From a bacterium (GTDB lineage Bacteria > 4484-113), in contig JAOZQG010000001.1 in the NCBI GenBank assembly GCA_029932365.1, positions 1 through 48,299 of the forward strand: a stretch of 48,299 bases of DNA, read 5' to 3'. Below the pieces are notes generated by a model. It ran no database searches. It had not been told where the DNA came from and was given only the letters and a program-made list of their open reading frames with translations. Positions 9,855 through 17,802 of the stretch are shown here, piece after piece (the stretch's first letter is position 1; every line of letters begins with the position of its first letter). The translations under genes and the position numbers were made by a program.

Positions 9855-11080
9855 TGGGCGCATTTGCCGTTAGAGCAGTTGTTCTCGGGATTTGCCTGGG
9901 TGCGTTTTTTGCCTGCGCGCCCGGCGGAGGGGCGCGAAAGCCCGAGCCGGCGATACCCGTTTCCGAAGCTGTGCTATCCATCCTCAACGAGCTTGCCCCT
10001 TACCAGGGCCTGACGTCTGAAGAGCCGGGTGCGGAGCAGCAGGCGCGGGAAGAAGCCGTACGTGCAGCTAAGGACGCGGTGCTGGATGCCCGCAGGTCGT
10101 TTGGCGAACGGGTGACGCTGGCGTGCTGGCTGCAGCAGATGCGGGAGGGGCCGTCGGATGTGGTGATTGTGGAGCTAGCGTCGGAATCGCACGGCGAACT
10201 TGACGCCGATACGCGCATCATTTACGCGCTGGGAATGCTTATCTGGAATGCGGCGTTGGCGGCGAGTGAGGATCCATTCCGCTGGCAGGAAAACGATAAA
10301 TCGGTAGCGCTGGGGCGGCAGGCGATGGAGCTTTTGCGGCGCGCCACCGATACGCAGCCGGAAAATGGGCTTTATTCGCTTACCGCAATCTACGCGGACT
10401 TTCTGCTCACCGGGCGACTGCAGGGCACACTGATTTCGTGGCGCTGGGACGAGGACGTGCAGGCGGAATGCGCCGCACGCATTAAGCCCCTGCTCGCGCG
10501 CTTCACCGACGCAACGAAGATTCAGGGAATGGCCGGCCCGCCGTATTTCACCGCGCTCAAGTCGTGGAGGGATTACACCGCTGCGGAGATGGGCGGTGGG
10601 CTGCACAACGGCGAGTATGCGTCGGCGATTATGCCGGCGTGCCTGGTGCTGGTTCTGCGCGACCAGGGAAGGCGGCAGGAAACCGGGGAGATGCCGCAGA
10701 TACTGGACGCGGTGCAGAAGCTCTTGCAGTTCGAGCCGAGAAGCAAAGACCGGCTCTCGGCGTCGAGCGCGGCGCTTAGGGCGCTGGCGCAGACGCTGGA
10801 GCAGATGATACTCGACCCGGGGCTGCGCGGGGAAGCGGCGGCGCTCACAAGTAAGGCGCGCGGGCTTTACAAAGCCATCAGCGACGATTGGCTGGGCAAT
10901 TACGCCGACGAATACGCCAGGGTGGCCACGACCGACCGGCCGGCGGCGCTAAGGCTGGAAAAACGCTTCGTGGATAAATACACAGGCCGGGTGCGCGAGC
11001 TGGCGGAGGATATGCGGGAGTTTGTTTCGCAACTGGAGCCGGAAGCGGCAGGTCCCCAAGCTACCCCCGCCCCGTGGTAG
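9851..11080 (+). CDS. hypothetical lipoprotein-like protein (distant paralogue of the upstream ORF)
   Basis: Signal peptide AVVLGICLGAFFAC. Motifs shared with 8682..9854: R[AV]TLA[FC]W[ML] and PPY[LF]. Confidence 0.55.
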   Translation: MMGAFAVRAVVLGICLGAFFACAPGGGARKPEPAIPVSEAVLSILNELAPYQGLTSEEPGAEQQAREEAVRAAKDAVLDARRSFGERVTLACWLQQMREGPSDVVIVELASESHGELDADTRIIYALGMLIWNAALAASEDPFRWQENDKSVALGRQAMELLRRATDTQPENGLYSLTAIYADFLLTGRLQGTLISWRWDEDVQAECAARIKPLLARFTDATKIQGMAGPPYFTALKSWRDYTAAEMGGGLHNGEYASAIMPACLVLVLRDQGRRQETGEMPQILDAVQKLLQFEPRSKDRLSASSAALRALAQTLEQMILDPGLRGEAAALTSKARGLYKAISDDWLGNYADEYARVATTDRPAALRLEKRFVDKYTGRVRELAEDMREFVSQLEPEAAGPQATPAPW

Positions 11081-11376
11081 GAGTGGTTTCATTCTATTTG
11101 CGAGCTCTCACTTCATCGCCCAATTCCCGCTTATACCGCTTCTTCCGGTGGCACCAGCACCAGGATTGCACTATCCCGAATGCCACTGGGGTTGCCGCAG
11201 GTAAGGCGGTTCGCGTGCTAACCGCAATAGCACACCGGCGCTGGGCCGTTTGGCTCCATGTCCGGGGGTATCTGAGAAATAACGGTCAAACGCGCTATAA
11301 TCGGGCGGCTTCGTTGCGCCAAGGCGCGCAACTGAATCAATTCAGTTTTTCTGCATTTGCTGATGGAGGAGGGCAT

Positions 11377-14064
11377 ATGAAAAGCTGTAAATCCCTGTGG
11401 ATCATTACGCTGCTGTTGTTGATCCTGTTTTCCACATCCGCATTCGCCCAGGAGCCGGAGACGCCGGAGGATACTCCGGAAGCCGTCACAGCGGAAGAGG
11501 CCGAAGCTCCCGCCGAGGAGCCCGCGCCGGCACCGGCGGAAGAGGAAAAGTGCGCCTTTGATAAGGCCATCGAGGACTTAGAATGCATCCCTGGGCTGTT
11601 CACGCTCTATTACAAGGAAGACGAGCGCAGGGCGCTTTTAGAGCTGGCGCCGGAGCAGCTCGACGAGATTTATTTGTGCAACATCGCGGTGGAGGCGGGG
11701 GACGGCTACTTCCTCGATTCCGGCGCGATGCTGGGAAGCTTCCCCTTTGCGTTCAAGCAGGTGGGCAAGAAGGTGCAGCTTATTCAGAAAAACGTGTCGT
11801 TTCGCGCCGACCCCGAATCCCCGCTGGCGCGCGCGATACCCCGGGGCGTGACCGATTCCGTGCTCGCGTCATCGCCCCTTGTGGGCGAGCCGCACCCGGA
11901 AACCAAGCACATACTGGTGGACGCCGGAGCGTTCTTCCTGCAGGACATAATCGGCGTGGGCATGTGGCTGGGAGAGTACGCGGGATACGGCTTCGATCCC
12001 TCGGAGACCTACTTCGGATTCCTCAAGTCCTTTCCGCGGAATACCGAGATTGAAGTAGTAGCGCATTTCAGGGGTACGGGCATGGGCATTGAATCCACAG
12101 GCCGGGCGATTCCCGATGTGCGCAGCCTGCAGCACAAGTACCGCTACAGCCTGTGCGCGCTGCCCGACGACGGCTATATGCCGCGCCTGGGCGACGACCG
12201 CGTTGGCTACTTCATGACCTACTACCGGGACTACGACGCGCTGGCCGCCGACCTGCCCTACAAGTACTACATCGAGCGCTGGCGACTGGAGAAGCAGTTC
12301 CCGCACCAGGACGTGAGCCCGCCCAAGGAGCCCATCGTTTTCTGGCTGGAAAACACCATTCCTTACGAATACCGCGACGCGGTGCGCGCGGGGATTTTGG
12401 AGTGGAACACCGCGTTTGAGAAGGTCGGATTCAAAAACGCCATTGAAGTGAAGCAGATGCCGGACGACGCCGACTGGGACCCGGCGGACATCAGATACAA
12501 CGTGGTGCGCTGGATTGTGATGCCGGGCGCGGGATACTGCGTCGGGCCGTCAACGGCGGATCCCTTCACCGGCGAGATTTACGCAGCCGATATCCGCATG
12601 TGCGCGGATATAGTGCGGTGGATTACCGCCGAATATACAGAATTCGTCGATCCGCTGGTGGAGCTTTCGCGGGATGCCGAGATTCCGCCGCCGCCGTTTC
12701 TGGGCAACCGGCGTGCCGCCTACGCAGATAATTACGCCGAAGGCAAGATGCGTGAGGCGGCGTTCGGCCTGAGCCTGCTGAACGCGCGCGGCAAGATGAG
12801 CCTTGATTCGCCGGAGGGCAAGCAGTTCGTCTTTGACGCCATAAAGGACCTGACGACGCACGAGGTGGGCCACACGCTGGGCCTCAGGCACAACTTCAAG
12901 GGCAGCGCGGTGCACACGCTGCGGGAGATGCACGACCGCAGCATCACCGACGTGGAGGGCGTCTCCGGCTCGGTGATGGACTACAACACGGTAAACATCG
13001 CGCCCGTGGGCAAGCCGCAGGGAGAATACTGGCAGACCACGCTGGGCACCTGGGACTACTTCGTTATCGAGTATGGATACAAACCCATAGACGCCGATTC
13101 GCCGGAAGATGAACTGCCGGAGCTGGAGAAAATCGCCCGGCGCTCGGGCCTGCCCAAGCTCGTTTACTGCACGGACGAGGACGCGGCTGGCGGGTCGCCG
13201 GTTAGCACTGACCCGCTGTGCAATATGTGGGATATGGGCTCGGACCCGATAGCGTTTTTCCAGCAGCGCATTGAGCTGGGAGATGAGCTGCTCAATGTGC
13301 TGGAGGAGAAGTTTGAGAAGGATGGCGGGCGCTACCAGAAACTGCGCTGGGTCTTTGGCAGCGTGATATACCCGACCTGGGCCGCCGCCTACACCGTTCC
13401 CAAGTATATCGGCGGCGTCTACCAGGACCGCGCGCATATCGGCGATCCCAGCGGCAAGCTTCCATTTACGCCGGTTCCCGCCGCCAAGCAGCGCGAAGCG
13501 ATGAGGTTTCTAACGGAGAACGTTTTCGCCTCGGATGCGTTTGCCTTCCCGCCGGAGCTGATGCGCAAGCTGGCCGCCGAGCGCTACCCGGATTTTGAGG
13601 GCAGCGTGTATACACGCGAGCGCACAGATTACCCGCTGCACTCGATGGTGCTGAGGATTCAGAGCTACGCACTTTACCGCCTGTATGACCCGCTGACGCT
13701 CAACCGCATGGTGGACCTGCCGTTGCAGTATGATGACGGCGAGGACGCGTTCACCATAGCGGAGATGTTCCAGGAACTGCGGTTCGCCATCTGGTCGGAA
13801 GCGTATGACCAGACCGACATTGACAGCTTCCGGCGCAACCTGCAGCGCGAACACCTGGGCATTCTCACGGCTATCGTGCTGGGAATGATGGACGTTCCGC
13901 CGGATGCGACGAGCCTGGCGCGGGCGGATCTTACGGCGCTGCGCGGCTGTATCGCGGCATCGCTGAGAAAGGGCGGCCTGGATGCCGCAACCACCGCCCA
14001 TCTTGATGAGTGCCTGTCGCGCATCGACGCCGCGCTGGAAGCGTCCATGCTGCGGGGATTCTAA
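11377..14064 (+). CDS. secreted zinc metalloprotease (met-zincin, DUF4953/DUF5117-like)
   Basis: HEXXH in TTHEVGHTLGLRHNFKGS. ATG at 11377 is preceded by GGAGGA (11365-11370) and gives the signal peptide MKSCKSLWIITLLLLILFSTSAFA. The track extension back to 11074 has no signal peptide and looks non-coding. Confidence 0.8.
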   Translation: MKSCKSLWIITLLLLILFSTSAFAQEPETPEDTPEAVTAEEAEAPAEEPAPAPAEEEKCAFDKAIEDLECIPGLFTLYYKEDERRALLELAPEQLDEIYLCNIAVEAGDGYFLDSGAMLGSFPFAFKQVGKKVQLIQKNVSFRADPESPLARAIPRGVTDSVLASSPLVGEPHPETKHILVDAGAFFLQDIIGVGMWLGEYAGYGFDPSETYFGFLKSFPRNTEIEVVAHFRGTGMGIESTGRAIPDVRSLQHKYRYSLCALPDDGYMPRLGDDRVGYFMTYYRDYDALAADLPYKYYIERWRLEKQFPHQDVSPPKEPIVFWLENTIPYEYRDAVRAGILEWNTAFEKVGFKNAIEVKQMPDDADWDPADIRYNVVRWIVMPGAGYCVGPSTADPFTGEIYAADIRMCADIVRWITAEYTEFVDPLVELSRDAEIPPPPFLGNRRAAYADNYAEGKMREAAFGLSLLNARGKMSLDSPEGKQFVFDAIKDLTTHEVGHTLGLRHNFKGSAVHTLREMHDRSITDVEGVSGSVMDYNTVNIAPVGKPQGEYWQTTLGTWDYFVIEYGYKPIDADSPEDELPELEKIARRSGLPKLVYCTDEDAAGGSPVSTDPLCNMWDMGSDPIAFFQQRIELGDELLNVLEEKFEKDGGRYQKLRWVFGSVIYPTWAAAYTVPKYIGGVYQDRAHIGDPSGKLPFTPVPAAKQREAMRFLTENVFASDAFAFPPELMRKLAAERYPDFEGSVYTRERTDYPLHSMVLRIQSYALYRLYDPLTLNRMVDLPLQYDDGEDAFTIAEMFQELRFAIWSEAYDQTDIDSFRRNLQREHLGILTAIVLGMMDVPPDATSLARADLTALRGCIAASLRKGGLDAATTAHLDECLSRIDAALEASMLRGF

Positions 14065-14114
14065 CGAGCGCGCTGCATACCGGCTGAGACAACCGGAACG
14101 GGACGGGAATTGAA

Positions 14115-15014
14115 GTGCTCACGGGCATACACTTCTTGCTGACTTACACTTGCAACTGGGAGTGCGACCACTGCTTTCTTTTCTGCGGGCCGTCGTCCGA
14201 GGGCACGTTCACCATCAAGCAGGTGCGCGAGGTGCTAAACGAAGCGGTGAAGCTGGGAAGCGTTGAGACTATTTACTTTGAGGGTGGCGAGGCGTTCCTG
14301 TACTACCCGCTGATGGTGGAGGGCATCCGGCTGGCGCGCAAAAAGGGCTTTCTGGCGGGCATCGTCACGAATTCCTACTGGGCCACGTCGGAGGAGGACG
14401 CGGAGCTATGGCTCAAGCCCTTGGTTGGGCTGGGTATATCTGATTTAAGCATCAGCGATGACGAATACCACTACGAAGGTGATAAGGTGAGCCCGGCGCA
14501 GCATGCGCTGGCGGCGGCGAGGAAGCTGGGGCTGCCGGTCGCGTCGATATGCATCGAGAAGCCGCGTGTTGAGGACACGAGCAAGGCGCAAGAGAAGGGC
14601 GCGCCGGTAGTGGAGGGCGGCGCGATGCTTAAAGGCAGGGCGGTAGAAAAGCTCATAGAAGGCCTGCCCCGGCGTGCCTGGGATGAGTTCACCGAGTGCC
14701 CGTTTGAGGATCTGGAAAACCCGGGACGTGTGCACGTTGACCCATTTGGGCACGTGCATCTATGCCAGGGGCTGAGCATGGGAAATATGTGGGAGACGCC
14801 GCTCGCTGAGCTGGTGAGAGGCTACGATGCCGCAGCGCATCCTGTCTGTGCGCCACTGGTTAGCGGGGGACCAGCGGAGCTGGCAAGGCAGTACGGGTTG
14901 GAGCACGAGGACTGCTACGTTGACGCCTGCCATTTCTGCTATCTGATGCGCCTGGCGCTGATAGACCGCTTCCCCGGGTATCTGGCACCCAGACAAGTGT
15001 ATGGGTTAGAATAA
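14115..15014 (+). CDS. radical SAM protein with C-terminal Cys cluster
   Basis: CX3CX2C motif (TYTCNWECDHCF) near the N-terminus and GGE-like FEGGEAF. C-terminal cysteines (HLCQG, PVCAP, DCYVDACHFC) suggest an auxiliary Fe-S (SPASM/twitch-like) region. Confidence 0.75.
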   Translation: MLTGIHFLLTYTCNWECDHCFLFCGPSSEGTFTIKQVREVLNEAVKLGSVETIYFEGGEAFLYYPLMVEGIRLARKKGFLAGIVTNSYWATSEEDAELWLKPLVGLGISDLSISDDEYHYEGDKVSPAQHALAAARKLGLPVASICIEKPRVEDTSKAQEKGAPVVEGGAMLKGRAVEKLIEGLPRRAWDEFTECPFEDLENPGRVHVDPFGHVHLCQGLSMGNMWETPLAELVRGYDAAAHPVCAPLVSGGPAELARQYGLEHEDCYVDACHFCYLMRLALIDRFPGYLAPRQVYGLE

Positions 15015-15032
15015 GGAAGTTTCGGGAGTAGT

Positions 15033-15962
15033 GTGGAAATAAACAGAAGTAGCACTGAACTAAGCATCGTAACCGGTGCATTCTCCTACACGGGCGGCTA
15101 TATCGCGCGGGAGCTTCTGGCGCGCGGTGAGCGCGTGCGCACGCTGACCAACCATCCGGAGCGCGCCGGCGAACTTGCAGACCGAATAGAAATCAGGCCT
15201 CTGGATTTTACTCGTCCGGCGCAGCTCGCCGAGAACATGAGGGGCGCTTCTGTGCTCTACAACACGTACTGGATACGCTTCGCCCGCAAATCAATGACCT
15301 TTCAGCAGGCGGTGGAGAACACGAAAGACTTGCTGGACGCGGCGAAAGAAGCTGGAATTGAGCGGGTCGTGCACATAAGCGTCACCAATCCCGACATCGA
15401 ATCGGATTTGCCGTACTTCAGGGGCAAGGCTCAGGCCGAGCGGGCGGTGACCGCTTCGGGGCTTTCCTACGCGATTCTGCGCCCGGCGGTGCTTTTCGGC
15501 ATCGGAGGCGTCCTTATCAACAATCTGGCGTGGCTGATGCGGCTGTTTCCCGTGTTTCCGGTACCGGGGGATGGGAATTACCGGATTCAGCCAACCTTCG
15601 TAGAGGACTTCGCCAAACTCGCGGCTGCCTGCGGCGGCGAGACTGCAAGCTATACGGTGGACGCCGTGGGCCCGGAGACCTTCAGCTTCAACGAGCTTCT
15701 GCGGCTAATCGCGCGAAGCGTGAACCGGCGCGCGCTGCTGATACGCCTGCCGCCGGGGCTGGCGCTGTGGCTTTCGCGCATTCCCGGATACGCATTGCGG
15801 GATGTGCTGATGACGCCCGACGAGCTTAGGGCGCTGAGCCGAAACCTGCTGGCTTCTTCAAGCATACCCACGTGCACCACGCGATTGAGCGACTGGCTGA
15901 AGGAGAATTCCGGGCGCATCGGACGCCGCTATATCAACGACTTCGCGCGGCACTACCGGTAG
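15033..15962 (+). CDS. NAD(P)-binding Rossmann protein, extended SDR/NmrA-like
   Basis: N-terminal VTGAFSYTGGYIARELLARGERVRTL glycine-rich dinucleotide motif, about 300 aa. Confidence 0.75.
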   Translation: MEINRSSTELSIVTGAFSYTGGYIARELLARGERVRTLTNHPERAGELADRIEIRPLDFTRPAQLAENMRGASVLYNTYWIRFARKSMTFQQAVENTKDLLDAAKEAGIERVVHISVTNPDIESDLPYFRGKAQAERAVTASGLSYAILRPAVLFGIGGVLINNLAWLMRLFPVFPVPGDGNYRIQPTFVEDFAKLAAACGGETASYTVDAVGPETFSFNELLRLIARSVNRRALLIRLPPGLALWLSRIPGYALRDVLMTPDELRALSRNLLASSSIPTCTTRLSDWLKENSGRIGRRYINDFARHYR

Positions 15963-16056
15963 GATGGCAGCGTGATACAATATAAGCTCGCGATAAGGTG
16001 CATTATTCGCGGGTTTTACGCTGTGCGTCGCGTCTGAATGCAGCAGGAGGGACTCA

Positions 16057-16464
16057 ATTATATATATCAAGTGGTCTGACGAGCTATCAGTAGGCGTTGA
16101 GCTAATCGACCGGCAACACCGGGAGATGTTTGACCGGATAAACCATTTGCTCCGAGCGATGGGCGAGATTGGAGGGGCGAAGCAGGTGGTTGCTACCGCC
16201 GATTTCCTGCAGGAGTATGTTGTCAAGCATTTCGCGGCGGAAGAAGAGCAGATGGCATTGCACGAGTATCCTGGTATGGCGCAGCACAAGGAGCATCACG
16301 AGTATTTCCGGGGACAGGTGGAGGATCTCCGCCAGAGACTGGCAGAGCACGGACCGAACGAGAAGCTGCTTATAGAGGCGCAGGAGTTGCTCGTCAACTA
16401 TCTCCGCGACCATATTCTCCAGGTAGATATGCTCCTGGGAAGATTCCTCAAAGAGAAGATGTAG
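16057..16464 (+). CDS. bacteriohemerythrin
   Basis: Hemerythrin signature W-D-LSVGV-ID-QH, HF..EE, H...H and DHI...D spacing. The 5' end is set at an in-frame ATT 6 nt after AGGAGG (16045-16050). The track ATG at 16126 would delete the first His ligand. Exact start uncertain. Confidence 0.7.
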   Translation: MIYIKWSDELSVGVELIDRQHREMFDRINHLLRAMGEIGGAKQVVATADFLQEYVVKHFAAEEEQMALHEYPGMAQHKEHHEYFRGQVEDLRQRLAEHGPNEKLLIEAQELLVNYLRDHILQVDMLLGRFLKEKM

Positions 16465-16640
16465 CGGATACAAGCCAGGATTGAGAGGTCGCCTGGCGAC
16501 CGCGTCGCTTCACTGGGCTTTGCCAAGTGTTCTCTTCGCAGCGATTGCTGCGTGCGGAATACACGCGTGCCCTTAGTGCGCTTCCCCTGTGCTAGAATCA
16601 GCGCGCCGGGGGGAGCGGGAATCGCCCTGGCAACAGCGGT

Positions 16641-17678
16641 ATGTGGGCAGGCGCAATGACCACTCTCATAATCGCCACGGGTACAGGGGCTTTCGTTGCA
16701 GCGCTCCTGGTAACTCCGCTGCTGCTCACGCTTTGCCACCGATTCAAGCTTTACGACGTCTCCAACGCCCGCAAAGTGCATCACGGAGAGAAGCCCCGGC
16801 TCGGCGGCGTATCCATATTCGTGGCGACGCTGCTAAGCATAGGCTACGTCACGGTGGTGCTGGCGCCGGAACTCATCCCGCTGTCCGGTCGTCAGCTCTT
16901 CGCGCTGCTGGGCGGCGCGGTGCTGTTTTTCACCCTGGGACTTGCGGATGATCTGTGGCGGCTATCTGCACGCGTAAAATTCGCGCTTCAGATAATCTTT
17001 GCGCTTGGAGTAGCCTGGGCGGGCATCAATATCGGGACTCTATTCGGCACGGTAGTTCTGCCGGTATGGCTCAGCTATCTGTTAACCGTCTTCTGGATTG
17101 TGGGCATCGTTAATACCATCAATTTTGTGGACGGCCTGGACGGTCTTTCCGCCGGTATCAGCGCGGTGGCGTTCCTGGCTATTTTGGTGCTTTCGCTCGC
17201 GCGCGGGGATTATTTCTTCTCACTGGTGAGCCTGGCGGTGCTGGCATCGCTGCTGGGATTTTTGCCCTACAATTTCTATCCCGCCCGCATCTTTATCGGC
17301 GACGGCGGGGCGATGCTTATGGGCTATTACCTCGCCACGGTCGCGCTCCTTGGTTTCTTCAAGCAGGCGACAGTTATCGCGTTCCTGCTTCCGCTGCTCA
17401 TCCTGCTGGTGCCCATCGCGGATACGTCTTTTGCCATTCTGCGAAGGCTGATGGCGGGCAAGCCCATAACGGCGCCGGACAAGAAGCACATCCACCACCG
17501 GCTGCTTTTCTTCGTTAACCGCAGGCGCCGCCAGCAGATGCTGCGCAACGGCGTGAAAGTCGACGACGCCGCTCGTCAGTTTATCGAGGGCCTGGCGCAC
17601 CGCAACGCCGTGTTGATTTTGTATCTTGTAGCGTTCGCTTTTGCGGCGGTCGCAGTCTGGCTAGGGCTGCGCGCGTAA
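16641..17678 (+). CDS. polyprenyl-phosphate HexNAc-1-phosphate transferase (WecA/MraY family)
   Basis: LGLADD, NTINFVDGLDGLSAGIS, FIGDGGAMLMGY and PDKKHIHHRL motifs, with multiple TM helices. Confidence 0.85.
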   Translation: MWAGAMTTLIIATGTGAFVAALLVTPLLLTLCHRFKLYDVSNARKVHHGEKPRLGGVSIFVATLLSIGYVTVVLAPELIPLSGRQLFALLGGAVLFFTLGLADDLWRLSARVKFALQIIFALGVAWAGINIGTLFGTVVLPVWLSYLLTVFWIVGIVNTINFVDGLDGLSAGISAVAFLAILVLSLARGDYFFSLVSLAVLASLLGFLPYNFYPARIFIGDGGAMLMGYYLATVALLGFFKQATVIAFLLPLLILLVPIADTSFAILRRLMAGKPITAPDKKHIHHRLLFFVNRRRRQQMLRNGVKVDDAARQFIEGLAHRNAVLILYLVAFAFAAVAVWLGLRA

Positions 17679-17802
17679 TCCGCGCCTTCCCTGTATGCTT
17701 GAAGGAAACAGATACGGGCGCTACCGGTTTGGACCGGGGGCGCGGTGCGGCCCGCCTTATCTCTTAGTCGGGGTTGCATCCGTAATGCGCTTCGGGTAAA
17801 TT

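Noticed and set aside
11074-11376. N-terminal 101-codon extension of the metalloprotease ORF in the track.
   Set aside because: The extension has no signal peptide or motif and contains a TATAAT box and hairpins. The ATG at 11377 has a GGAGGA site and produces a textbook signal peptide.
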